64,000 bases of DNA, taken from contig CAZKGL010000001.1 in NCBI GenBank assembly GCA_964552565.1, positions 499,061-563,060 on the forward strand, written 5' to 3'. The translations under genes were made by a program, and so were the position numbers. The stretch comes from an uncultured Gammaproteobacteria bacterium. Lineage in GTDB: Bacteria; Patescibacteriota; Patescibacteriia; UBA9934. Under the pieces are notes generated by a model that did no database searches, was not told the origin of the DNA, and saw only the letters and a list, made by a program, of their open reading frames with translations. The number at the start of each line of letters is the position of its first letter. Position 1 is the stretch's first letter. Of the stretch, positions 9,996 through 19,086 are shown one piece after another.

Positions 9996-10559
9996 TTACC
10001 GTTTGGCCTTCAGCTGGTCAATAACCTCAAGAACGCGGGGTTTTGCCTGGCACCATGCGGCGACGGATTGCCCATCGGTGATTTCTCCCGCGTGGATCAT
10101 CCGGTCGACGTCATCGGGCGTCAGCAGCAGATGCTCGAACTCTTCCAGTTCATCCTGCTCCGATTCGATCGCCTGGAGGCCCCACGCAACGAAGATGTCC
10201 ATGGTCTCATTCACGATCCCGTTGCATGACGCGTGCTGGCCGACATGCTCAATATGGTCTGCGTGCATCTTCGCCTCTTCGGCAAATTCGCGGATCGCGG
10301 CGGGAAGCGGGTCTTGCCCTCCGCGCCCGCCCATTGGGAGCTCAATGCTCTCACGGGCAAAAAGCGGTCGGTATTGCTTTACCCACGGAATGGTTCCTTC
10401 AGCGGTGATCCCGATGACGCACGCACCACCAAGGCAATCACAAAAAAAGTAGTCGTGCTCCTTTCCCTTCGGTCCGATAAACCGCGCCTTGCAGTACTTC
10501 CAATACGGATTCTCGTGCAAAACCTCGACGGCAAGTTTTTTCCAGGGGGTCAGCGCCAT
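9996..10559 (-). CDS. NUDIX-family hydrolase
   Basis: Nudix-box-like GGRGGQDPLPAAIREFAEEAKM; start at MALTPWKK. Confidence 0.55.
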   Translation of the reverse strand: MALTPWKKLAVEVLHENPYWKYCKARFIGPKGKEHDYFFCDCLGGACVIGITAEGTIPWVKQYRPLFARESIELPMGGRGGQDPLPAAIREFAEEAKMHADHIEHVGQHASCNGIVNETMDIFVAWGLQAIESEQDELEEFEHLLLTPDDVDRMIHAGEITDGQSVAAWCQAKPRVLEVIDQLKAKR

Positions 10560-10560
10560 A

Positions 10561-10962
10561 CTACATGGCCGCACGAATCTTGTCGGCGACGGCCTTCAGC
10601 TCGTCTTGCGACGGGTGCGTCTTCACAAACGTGCGCTCCACGCCGTCCTTGCGCGGCATGATGTGCACATGGGTATGCATGACGTCCTGCCCGGCGGAAA
10701 GGCCGTGGTTCATGCCGAGGTTGTAGCCGCTGGCGCCAAGGCCGCGCATGATTGCCGGCGCGATCGCGTGCACGGTCGCCATGACCGCCACGGCGTCCTC
10801 GCGCGTCCCTTCGTTCAGGTTCGTCGCATGCGCCTTCGGCACGACAAGCGTATGGCCCTCGCTCACCGGGCCGATGTCGAGGAACGCGAAGGTCTTCTCG
10901 TCCTCGTACATCTTGTGGCACGGGATCTCGCCCGCGATGATCTTACAAAAGAGACAGTCCAT
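10561..10962 (-). CDS. HIT-family nucleotide hydrolase
   Basis: MDCLFCKIIAGEIP...HTHVHIMPR histidine triad. Confidence 0.85.
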   Translation of the reverse strand: MDCLFCKIIAGEIPCHKMYEDEKTFAFLDIGPVSEGHTLVVPKAHATNLNEGTREDAVAVMATVHAIAPAIMRGLGASGYNLGMNHGLSAGQDVMHTHVHIMPRKDGVERTFVKTHPSQDELKAVADKIRAAM

Positions 10963-10973
10963 AGTACGGCTAT

Positions 10974-11330
10974 CTAACGTGAGGATTCGTGTTCTGACAA
11001 GGCCTTCCGGGCGCACCAGGGCAACACGAGGCCGGCAAGCGCAAGCGGAAGGCGCAGGTCGCCGAACGGCTCCCCCTCGCGCCACAGCACGACGGCGAGG
11101 ACGATGCCGAGCGTGATCGCCAGGAGTGTGCCGAGGAAGGTGGACGACGGACGGTGGATGGTGGGATGGCTCCCCATCCACCCGATGGCGGCGACGAACG
11201 CAACGAGGGCGAGGAGATGCACCGAGAAGACGTTACTCACGAACCCCGGCGCGGCGTACTCGATGACGCCGAACACGCAATACGCGAGAAGCGCGGTGAA
11301 GAAGAGGGTTTTCCAAAGCCGGGTATGCAT
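10974..11330 (-). CDS. small polytopic membrane protein
   Basis: 118 aa, 3-4 hydrophobic helices. Confidence 0.4.
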   Translation of the reverse strand: MHTRLWKTLFFTALLAYCVFGVIEYAAPGFVSNVFSVHLLALVAFVAAIGWMGSHPTIHRPSSTFLGTLLAITLGIVLAVVLWREGEPFGDLRLPLALAGLVLPWCARKALSEHESSR

Positions 11331-11331
11331 A

Positions 11332-12804
11332 CTACCAAGGAGTCAGCGCGTGCCACATGCCGGCGGCGGCGCGGCGGAACGTCAACGGATCGCGGTGGAA
11401 GCGCAGCGTGATGTTCCGGATATCGACCTCCGCCCCATCGACCGCGATATCCGGCGCGGAGAGGATGAACGTGACGGCGCCGTCTTGCGCGGCCATGCTC
11501 GGGACGGCAAAGGTCGCGGTCGCGCGCCGCCAGCGCGCGTCAACCGCTTCCGGCGCTGCGTACTCCGCAAGGATGAAATCGATGCCGAGCGCGGCGAGGT
11601 CCGTGTGCACGGTGAGCCGCGCGGGATACGGGTTGAAAAACGCGGACTGCGCAAACGCGAAGAGGCCTTCGCCGGTAATCTTGATGTCGCCGACGGGGAC
11701 GGAACCGGATATGACGCCGGTATCGAGGATGCTCTGTTGGATCTTTTCATGGCTCGCCGGCAACGGGACGGTAAGGCGCCCGATCCGCACCTCCTGGGGC
11801 GAATCCGCATGGAACGTCTCGAACGTGAAGTGTTTCGCATCCGTGAAGAACGTCGTCCCGCGCGGCGCGGCAAGGTAGCCGACGTCGTCGCCGATATAGA
11901 TACGGTTCATGAACGTCGCATAGCGCTGGGTCGTCGCGATGCTGCGCCAAAAAATGTCGCTCGTCCCGGACAGCTCGATGGTGTACACGCCTTCGTCAAA
12001 GCCTTCCCCGCGGACCGCAACCGTCGTCAACGGACGAGAGACCTGGTTTTCGGTGCTGTTGCCGTCGTCGGAGAACCGCTCCTCCGCCACGACCTCCCCG
12101 TCTTCGTTCCAGACACGGATGACGCCTTCGTCCGGCCCGTACGTGCGGTTCATGTCCATGAACGCGAACGTGAACGAGAGCGCTTCGTCCTTGATGTACG
12201 TGACGATCTTGTGATAGCCGCGCAACGACACGTCGAACGTCTGCGTGCCGCCGAGCGGAGCGTAGTCGGGGTCGCGGTACGGCGCGTCGAGATCGGCGTG
12301 GTACGTCGCGATGCGGCTGCGCGCCGGGGGGTCGGCAAGAAAGTCATCGATGGAGGCGTACTCGTCCGCGCGCTGGAGGAGGACAAGCCCGTCGGACGCG
12401 AGGCGGCCCCACGCGCTCTCGTCGATGATGCGGTTCTCCACCGGCGCGAGGTCGTAGCTCTGCGCGTAGATGTCCGTCAGCGCGCCGAGTTCCAGGATGT
12501 CCTGGCCGCGGTTTGCGTACTCAAGCGTCACGTCGACGGACGTGAAGTCGTCGTCCGGAAGGTTGACGGAAAAATACGCGGGGTCGGCGACAAGCGTCAC
12601 GAACCCTCCCTCGTCGCTCTCTGGCGCCCGCTCCTGCGGCAAGATGCGGTTGATGTACGGCGATCGCTCCAGCGTCCCCGCGGAAACGGAGAACACCCCG
12701 CTCGGCGCAAGGTGGTACAGCCCGAGCACCAAGAGCACCACGAACGGCGTGGCGATGATGGCGGCATGGAGGATGCATTCACCAAGCGAGATGTGGAGTG
12801 CCAT
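11332..12804 (-). CDS. hypothetical secreted/membrane-anchored protein
   Basis: 490 aa, N-terminal TM (AIIATPFVVLLVLGLY), no motif recognised. Confidence 0.45.
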   Translation of the reverse strand: MALHISLGECILHAAIIATPFVVLLVLGLYHLAPSGVFSVSAGTLERSPYINRILPQERAPESDEGGFVTLVADPAYFSVNLPDDDFTSVDVTLEYANRGQDILELGALTDIYAQSYDLAPVENRIIDESAWGRLASDGLVLLQRADEYASIDDFLADPPARSRIATYHADLDAPYRDPDYAPLGGTQTFDVSLRGYHKIVTYIKDEALSFTFAFMDMNRTYGPDEGVIRVWNEDGEVVAEERFSDDGNSTENQVSRPLTTVAVRGEGFDEGVYTIELSGTSDIFWRSIATTQRYATFMNRIYIGDDVGYLAAPRGTTFFTDAKHFTFETFHADSPQEVRIGRLTVPLPASHEKIQQSILDTGVISGSVPVGDIKITGEGLFAFAQSAFFNPYPARLTVHTDLAALGIDFILAEYAAPEAVDARWRRATATFAVPSMAAQDGAVTFILSAPDIAVDGAEVDIRNITLRFHRDPLTFRRAAAGMWHALTPW

Positions 12805-12806
12805 AC

Positions 12807-14411
12807 TTACTCAACGGGCGTCATACGATAGAGGGCTTCGTCACCGACCGACGTCACGAAGTCGATGCGCAACCCGAGGCTGGCAAGCTTGTCGTTGTTC
12901 AAATAGTACAGGTCGGACGGCGGGAACGGGATGCCGAAATAGTACAACGGCGCGAGCGATGCGGCCTCCGGAAGGATAGCGTAGTTCTCTTCGCTCCGGA
13001 GCGGCTGGATGACGTGCCGGTACGGCCACAGGAACTTGTCCGCGCGGTCGACGACGATGATGGCATCGGTCTCGGTCTGCGCAAGGACCGCCTCTCGCTT
13101 CGCCGCGCTTTCACTCAGGACGGTACGCGTGCGCAGGAGCCCGTCGTCGCCGCCAAACATCGCCACCGCCGACAGCATGACGATGGCCGCGGCCGTCGTC
13201 ACCTGCATCGGGACGGTGCGGGCGAACGCGCCGACCGCGCGCGCCGCAAAGATGGTCGAGAGGACGAAGAGCGGCAGCCAGTAGCGCACGTGCGAATCGC
13301 CGAGCGTCACTGCGGCCGGGTCCGGATTGTCGTTGAAGGACCAGCTGCCGTAGACGACGCCGAGCCACGCGGCCAGCGCAAGCGTCAACACGGCGAGCAT
13401 GCGGAAATGCCCCTTCTTGTCCCGAAGGCTCATGACGATGCCCGCTGCGGCTAGGGCGGTCACCCACGGGTACAGCGACATGCCGAAATTCCACACGTTT
13501 TTCAGTATCGCCATCTCATGGATGCCGAAGGGGAACAGCATCGCGATGGCTTCCTCGGCCATCGAGGTTGGGGGGACCTCGGCGAGCGCGACGTGTCCGT
13601 CGCCCGGCGCCGCGCCGCCCGTGTCTTCGACGGTGTAGCCGTTCACGAACGGGCTGCCGTACAGGTCGGCGTTGACGGCGGCGTTGACCGCGAGCGGGAT
13701 GCAGGCAAAAAGGACAAGCGCGATCCACGGCGCAAGCCCCTTCACCTTCGCCCGGAACCGCCATGCAACACACACGACGGCCGCGCCGATCCACAGGACT
13801 TCTGACGTACGGAAGATGAGCGCGAGGCCGAGGAACAGCCCGGCGAGGGCAAGCTCGACCACGTGCGGCCGTGCGCCGCGGACATGGCGCGACAACGGCT
13901 GCGCGCATGCGGCCCATGCGGCAAGCATGAGGAACGCGACGAACCCGACGTTATGCATCATGGGCCGCGCGGCGTAGTACCACACCGCAGGATGCACGGC
14001 GGCAAGCACGGCCGCGAGAGAGGCGAACCGCGCGCTCCCCGTCATGCGCCGCATGAGGTCCCACCATGCCACAAGTGCCGCAACAAGGAGGAGCGGCGTG
14101 AGGTACTGCATGCCGGCATCGCCGACGATGCGGCCGAACATCCCGGCAAGCAACGGGAGCCCGAGAAAACTTCCCGGCACAATGTATGGCCCGACTGCGA
14201 CCGCGCTGCGCGGGTGGACGAGGCCGTCGAGCGCCTGCGTCACGCCGTCCGGGACGGCAAACGTCCCGTACGCGCGGAAACTCCGGGCAAACACGAAGTT
14301 TGCGTTTTCGTCCGGCGAGGGAAACGAAAACGGCACGCCGAACGACAGCCAAAGCAACGATACGCCATACAGCACGACGCCGAGGATCAGGAACACGTGG
14401 GTCCGGCGCAT
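12807..14411 (-). CDS. GT-C family (PMT/ArnT-like, GT39/83) glycosyltransferase
   Basis: start at internal Met MRRTHVFLILGVVLYG; many TM helices with periplasmic loops; adjacent to CDP-alcohol transferase and rml genes. Confidence 0.55.
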   Translation of the reverse strand: MRRTHVFLILGVVLYGVSLLWLSFGVPFSFPSPDENANFVFARSFRAYGTFAVPDGVTQALDGLVHPRSAVAVGPYIVPGSFLGLPLLAGMFGRIVGDAGMQYLTPLLLVAALVAWWDLMRRMTGSARFASLAAVLAAVHPAVWYYAARPMMHNVGFVAFLMLAAWAACAQPLSRHVRGARPHVVELALAGLFLGLALIFRTSEVLWIGAAVVCVAWRFRAKVKGLAPWIALVLFACIPLAVNAAVNADLYGSPFVNGYTVEDTGGAAPGDGHVALAEVPPTSMAEEAIAMLFPFGIHEMAILKNVWNFGMSLYPWVTALAAAGIVMSLRDKKGHFRMLAVLTLALAAWLGVVYGSWSFNDNPDPAAVTLGDSHVRYWLPLFVLSTIFAARAVGAFARTVPMQVTTAAAIVMLSAVAMFGGDDGLLRTRTVLSESAAKREAVLAQTETDAIIVVDRADKFLWPYRHVIQPLRSEENYAILPEAASLAPLYYFGIPFPPSDLYYLNNDKLASLGLRIDFVTSVGDEALYRMTPVE

Positions 14412-14413
14412 AC

Positions 14414-14992
14414 TCAGAGCGAGTACGTGATGGCGGCGACCGCACCGAACATCGTCGCAACGACGAGAACGATTTCTGCGACGGTCACCAGTCCAGAGAT
14501 CTGGAACATGATGCCAAGGAGGAGCAGCGTCATCGAACAGAACTGGAGCAGCATTTTCGTCTTCCCCCACCCATTCGCCATCATGATTGCGCGGTCCCTC
14601 TTCGCGCGGGCAAGCCATGACGCCATCGGCAGGAGGTCGAACAGCACGGCAGCCAACACGACGACCGGATGGAAGAATTTGAAGGCAAGCACGATAATGA
14701 CGAGCCCGATAAGGAGCTTGTCCGCGATCGGGTCGAACAGGATGCCCCACGGCGTGATTTGTTTGCGGACGCGCGCAAGCGACCCGTCGACCGCGTCCGT
14801 GAATGCGGTCAAAATGAAGAGCGGGACGCCGTACAGCAAGTTCCCCGTCGCGAGCAAATACACCACGACCGGCGTCAGCGCCATGCGCAACACCGTCACA
14901 TGGTTGGGCTTCACGCTTTCGGGGATGAACGGCAGCACGACGGCCCGCATGAGGTAGTCGTGCGGAAACAGCTTTGAGGGATCGCGTCCCAT
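14414..14992 (-). CDS. CDP-alcohol phosphatidyltransferase family protein
   Basis: DAVDGSLAR...G..FDPIADK signature (D-G-x2-A-R...G-x3-D-x3-D). Confidence 0.75.
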   Translation of the reverse strand: MGRDPSKLFPHDYLMRAVVLPFIPESVKPNHVTVLRMALTPVVVYLLATGNLLYGVPLFILTAFTDAVDGSLARVRKQITPWGILFDPIADKLLIGLVIIVLAFKFFHPVVVLAAVLFDLLPMASWLARAKRDRAIMMANGWGKTKMLLQFCSMTLLLLGIMFQISGLVTVAEIVLVVATMFGAVAAITYSL

Positions 14993-15015
14993 AGTGCTAT
15001 CATCATAGCAGATTT

Positions 15016-16965
15016 ATGGAGAAACTCCCGCTCCGCGCCTTTCTCTTCGTCGGCCTTGTCGCAATCCTTGGCAGCCTCTTGTATTACGCGCTTCCCGTCA
15101 CGCGGTTCGGGATCGCTGTGGTCATTGCGCTCGCAGCCGTCGGCGCGTGGATGACGCCGGGTGACGCCGAGGGAGGCCCCCGATGGGCGCGCAGGGAGCG
15201 ACAGCGACTCGAGCACCCAGCGGGGTCCGAGGCGGCAGGACCCGGCGTACGCCTTGGCCGGGCTTCATACGCCCTCGCCGTCATCGTCGTCCTCGCGCTC
15301 GCCGCATGGTGGAGCGCCATCACCCCGCATGCGATCACCGAGGCGGTGCGCTCCCCGTGGGGCATCGTGCCGCCGTTCGCCGTGGCAGCGCTTGGCGTCG
15401 CATTCTTTGCATTGCTTGTGCTCCTGACGAACCCGCCGACGCGGCTTGCCATCACGCTCTGCGCGGCGACGCTGTTCTCCGCGCTCGCGATGGCCGCGGT
15501 CGTGTACCCGCTTGGCCTTGGCTTCGACCCGTTCCTCCACCGCGCCACCATGGCACACATCGCGGAGTTTGGCACGATCACCCCCAAACCCTTGTACTAC
15601 ATCGGCGAGTACGCGCTTGCGCTTGCGCCGCACCTCCTTCTTGGCGTCCCGCTTGCGCTCATTGACCGCCTGCTCCTTCCCCTCATGGCCGCGGTCATGC
15701 TGACAGGGAGCGCGGTCATGGGCCTTGCGCCACTTGCGCACCGGAAGAGCGCCATTGCGGTCGCCGCACTGCTGTTCCTCCCGCTTGGCGCATTCATCAC
15801 GACGACGCCGCAAGGCATTGCGTACGTCCTCGCCGCGAGCGCGGTGTTACTCTCGTTTGCAGCCATCAATCGTGTCGTCCCGTTCGTCCTCGCCGTCGCC
15901 GCGCTCCTCACACATCCGTTCGCCGGCATCCCGGTCGTCCTGTACGTCGTCGCGTCCGCGGTCGTCGCCCGCGCGGCGTCCCCCGCGCTCCGCACTGCTG
16001 CGCTCGTGGCAACCCTTATCGCGGGCGTCGTCGCCATCCCGGCGGTCTTCGCGCTGCAAGCGGCGCGCAGCGGCCTGTCGCTCTCCTTCCATCCTGGAAA
16101 CCTCTTCGACATCTCACGCTGGCAAGAACTGGCGCTCGGCGGATTCTTCGCGAACCACTTCTCGTTCGCATACGACGCCCTCTACCTCGCGCTCGACAAC
16201 CTGCTGTGGTTCACGATCGCCGCCGCGGTCGTCGGCTCCCTCGCGCTTCGCCATGACGCGCAGCGCCGCGCCAACGCCGCGCTGCCCGCCATCCTCGCGG
16301 TCGCGATGGCGAGCAACTTCATCGCGCTCTCCATCCTGTTCGACTTCGACTTCCTCATTTCCTACGAACGCAGCGACTATGCGCTCCGCTCGCTCATGAT
16401 GACGCACATCTTCCTCCTGCCGCTTGCGGGCGCCGGCATCGCGTCGGTTGCACACCGCTTGCGGGAAAAGCCGCTCGTGCTGCGCGGCGCGTTCCTTGCC
16501 GCGCTCGCCGTCATCGGCATGGGCAACGTCTACGGCGCATATCCGCGCCACGACAACTATGCGCGGAGCGCGGGGTTCAATGTGAGCAAGGCGGATTTTG
16601 ACGCGGTAGACGCTATCGACGACAAAGCGGAAGGCGAGGACTATATCGTGCTTTCCAACCAGGCCACTGCCGCAGCCGCGGTCGAGGCATACGGCTTCAA
16701 GAAGTACTACCACGGCGACATCTTTTACTACCCCATCCCGACGGGCGGCGTCATGTACCAGCACTTCCTGACCATGGTCGACGAAGGCCCGACGCGCGAG
16801 ACGATGGACGCGGCGATGGACGTCGCGGGCGTCAACCTCGGGTTCTTTGCGGTGAGCGACTACTGGTGGCAGTCCGAACAGCTTATTGAAAACGCGAAAC
16901 GCATCGCGGACGACTGGTTCTCCGTCGGCGACGGGAGCGTGACCGTCTTCATCTTCCGGCAGTAA
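15016..16965 (+). CDS. large polytopic membrane protein (>=14 TM) with in-frame family-A repeat insertion
   Basis: 649-aa ORF; residues ~46-78 (TPGDAEGGPRWARRERQRLEHPAGSEAAGPGVRLG) are the translation of repeat copy B; real start could lie downstream of the repeat. Confidence 0.5.
   Translation: MEKLPLRAFLFVGLVAILGSLLYYALPVTRFGIAVVIALAAVGAWMTPGDAEGGPRWARRERQRLEHPAGSEAAGPGVRLGRASYALAVIVVLALAAWWSAITPHAITEAVRSPWGIVPPFAVAALGVAFFALLVLLTNPPTRLAITLCAATLFSALAMAAVVYPLGLGFDPFLHRATMAHIAEFGTITPKPLYYIGEYALALAPHLLLGVPLALIDRLLLPLMAAVMLTGSAVMGLAPLAHRKSAIAVAALLFLPLGAFITTTPQGIAYVLAASAVLLSFAAINRVVPFVLAVAALLTHPFAGIPVVLYVVASAVVARAASPALRTAALVATLIAGVVAIPAVFALQAARSGLSLSFHPGNLFDISRWQELALGGFFANHFSFAYDALYLALDNLLWFTIAAAVVGSLALRHDAQRRANAALPAILAVAMASNFIALSILFDFDFLISYERSDYALRSLMMTHIFLLPLAGAGIASVAHRLREKPLVLRGAFLAALAVIGMGNVYGAYPRHDNYARSAGFNVSKADFDAVDAIDDKAEGEDYIVLSNQATAAAAVEAYGFKKYYHGDIFYYPIPTGGVMYQHFLTMVDEGPTRETMDAAMDVAGVNLGFFAVSDYWWQSEQLIENAKRIADDWFSVGDGSVTVFIFRQ
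15156..15246. repeat. family-A repeat, copy B (in frame inside ORF 15016-16965)
   Basis: CCGGGTGACGCCGAGGGAGGCCCCC...GAGCACCCAGCGGGGTCCGAGGCGGCAGGACCCGGC; ~80% identical to copy at 41335-41428. Confidence 0.65.
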
Positions 16966-16966
16966 T

Positions 16967-17650
16967 ATGCGCCCGACGCGTGCATTCTGGTTCGGTATCG
17001 TCCCCGCACTGTTTCTCCAAGGCATCGGCGCGTATGCGTACTTTGTCCTGCTTGCTGACTCGCCCGCCGCGAGCCCGCTGTACGGTGCGGTGAAAATCCT
17101 CCTCGTCATCTGGCCGATTGTTTGGCTGAAGCTCGGCGCGCCGCTCCCGCGCTTCCGTCTTCCGTTCGACCGCCGCTCGATCGCGTACGGCCTCACTGCC
17201 GGACTCACGATGGCCGGCGCCATCGGTCTCTCCGCATGGTTCCAGTTTGATAATCTCGTACCGTTTGGGAATGCATTTTCAACAAAGGCCGACGACCTCT
17301 TTCCGCTGGCGTACTTTGTTCCTGTCGCGGTCGTCTTCAGCCTCGGCCACTCGTTATTCGAAGAGTATTTCTGGCGTTGGTTCGTGTTTGGAGGGCTTCG
17401 GACGCGAATGCCGGATGTCGCCGCGGCGTTCATCGGCAGCCTCGGGTTTACCATCCACCACATCGTCATTCTCAGCCAATTCTTCCCCGCCCCGCTCACC
17501 CTCCTGACGAGCGCGGGCGTATGTGTGGGCGGCCTCATCTGGTGTCATGCCTATCGCGCGACTGCAAGCCTGAGCGCCGGCTGGATAAGCCACGCACTCG
17601 TCGATGCGGCGATTTTCGGGGTCGGTTACGCAGTAATTTTTGCCAAATAG
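16967..17650 (+). CDS. CPBP (CAAX) family intramembrane metalloprotease
   Basis: EExxxR motif (FEEYFWRWF) and FxxxH (FTIHHIV) in TM helices. Confidence 0.7.
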   Translation: MRPTRAFWFGIVPALFLQGIGAYAYFVLLADSPAASPLYGAVKILLVIWPIVWLKLGAPLPRFRLPFDRRSIAYGLTAGLTMAGAIGLSAWFQFDNLVPFGNAFSTKADDLFPLAYFVPVAVVFSLGHSLFEEYFWRWFVFGGLRTRMPDVAAAFIGSLGFTIHHIVILSQFFPAPLTLLTSAGVCVGGLIWCHAYRATASLSAGWISHALVDAAIFGVGYAVIFAK

Positions 17651-17655
17651 TATTT

Positions 17656-17683
17656 GGAAGCTGAGCTTCGAAGCTCAGCTTCC
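17656..17683. repeat. REP element, 28-nt perfect palindrome GGAAGCTGAGCTTCGAAGCTCAGCTTCC (5' flank of RAYT)
   Basis: self-complementary; near-identical copies at 18442 and 49442. Confidence 0.8.
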
Positions 17684-17787
17684 AAGTTGTGGATACTTTT
17701 CTGAGATCGCTTGACGGGGGTCTTTGCATTTGAAAAACTGAAACTATCACTCCCCTCGCTCAAGGCGCGGGGCGTTTTATTTCGCGC

Positions 17788-18555
17788 GTGACTGAGAATA
17801 TGCGAAATGAACAGTTCACCATCGGCGGGTATTACCATATTTATAACCGCGGTGTAGACAAGAGGGATGTTTTTTGCGATCCAGATGATTATGAACGATT
17901 CGTTCGCTCGTTCATCTATCTCAATACGATGCCAACGCATGCATTCCCGCCAATCGCGCAGCTTACAACTCGACCTAACAATCAAGGCCACATCCATGTT
18001 CGCATCATGGCCTACGCGCTCATGCCAAACCATTTTCACTTCCTTATCGAACAAATAGGGGAGTTCGGGGTGACTGAATTCATGCATCGGCTTGGAACGA
18101 GTTACACAAAATATTTTAATCGCCGCTACGACAGATCTGGAAGGTTGTTTGAAAGTGAGTACAAAGTGGTTCCGATACAATCAGATGCGCATCTCTACCA
18201 CATCTCGCGATACATCCATCTGAACCCCCTTTCACTCTCCCCCGCCTCGCACAAACTAAAACGCTGTGCTGAAGACTGGAAACGGGCCGAGGAATTTCTT
18301 CTGCGGTATCCCTGGTCGAGCTACCGCAGCTATGTCGATCGGTGCACCGATGAAGTCAATCCTGACATGATATGGGACATGTTCTGTGGATCGACTGACT
18401 ACCGAGCATACATGCGCGAATGGTATTTATCTCCACAGTTCGGAAGCTCAGCTTCGAAGCTGAGCTTCCGACCGGGCATGGGGCAATTTTTGCCAAATAA
18501 CCGCTACAACTTGCAAAGAAACGACTTTTCTGCCTATCCTATGGCACCGTCCTAG
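17788..18555 (+). CDS. REP-associated tyrosine transposase (RAYT; IS200/IS605 TnpA-like Y1 HuH)
   Basis: HuH motif MPNHFHFLIE, catalytic Tyr motif SRYIHLNP, REP palindromes flanking; ORF reads through REP2 to 18555. Confidence 0.75.
   Translation: MTENMRNEQFTIGGYYHIYNRGVDKRDVFCDPDDYERFVRSFIYLNTMPTHAFPPIAQLTTRPNNQGHIHVRIMAYALMPNHFHFLIEQIGEFGVTEFMHRLGTSYTKYFNRRYDRSGRLFESEYKVVPIQSDAHLYHISRYIHLNPLSLSPASHKLKRCAEDWKRAEEFLLRYPWSSYRSYVDRCTDEVNPDMIWDMFCGSTDYRAYMREWYLSPQFGSSASKLSFRPGMGQFLPNNRYNLQRNDFSAYPMAPS
18442..18469. repeat. REP element GGAAGCTCAGCTTCGAAGCTGAGCTTCC (3' side of RAYT, inside its ORF)
   Basis: perfect palindrome, 2-nt variant of REP1 (central G/C swap). Confidence 0.8.
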
Positions 18556-18565
18556 GAGGTTCGTC

Positions 18566-19033
18566 ATGGCTGAGGAGGTGGAGAAGTCCGACATGCCCGC
18601 CCGGCAGACCAAGGCCGCGCGGGGGGTGGTGCGGCGCTACGGCGCCTCAATGGTCCGGCTCTTCGGGAACCTGTTCCCGGAGGAGAAGGACATGCTCGTC
18701 GTTCCGACGTCGCTGCCCGACCGCGGCACGCGCGCGTACGACCTCATGGAGGACCACCGCGCGCTCGGCGCCTACATCGGGGACAAGCTCCGATCGGCGC
18801 TGCACCGCGGGGCCTTCCCGCAGGACTGCACCCGGCCCATGAACGACCGGGAGCGCATCGTCCGCGGCCTCCTTCTCGCGAGCCGCGCCCACGACGTCGC
18901 GTTCTGGTCCGACGTCGCGCTCAGCAACATGCGGGCGACGGGCCGGGTCTTCCACGAGATCCAGAACGCCGCCTGCAAGGGCTGCCCGGTCCGCACCTGC
19001 GAGCACTGGCGCGCCAAGTCGCGCGCCGCCTAG
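18566..19033 (+). CDS. hypothetical protein downstream of RAYT
   Basis: strong SD (GGAGG) 7 nt upstream; 155 aa with C-terminal CKGCPVRTCEHW Cys cluster; no family recognised. Confidence 0.45.
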   Translation: MAEEVEKSDMPARQTKAARGVVRRYGASMVRLFGNLFPEEKDMLVVPTSLPDRGTRAYDLMEDHRALGAYIGDKLRSALHRGAFPQDCTRPMNDRERIVRGLLLASRAHDVAFWSDVALSNMRATGRVFHEIQNAACKGCPVRTCEHWRAKSRAA

Positions 19034-19086
19034 GGCTCGCCTCAAGAAAGCCCCCACCGCGCCGAGCGCGGAGGGGGCTTCTCATG

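Noticed and set aside
15016-15155. treating 15016-15155 as a separate small ORF and starting the membrane protein after the repeat
   Set aside because: This cannot be decided from sequence. The first 45 residues form two plausible TM helices and the frame is uninterrupted, so the single 649-aa call is kept with a note.
17788-18555. RAYT gene being truncated/pseudogenised by REP2 insertion
   Set aside because: The ORF stays open through the palindrome (which encodes GSSASKLSF), and both HuH and catalytic-Tyr motifs are intact upstream.
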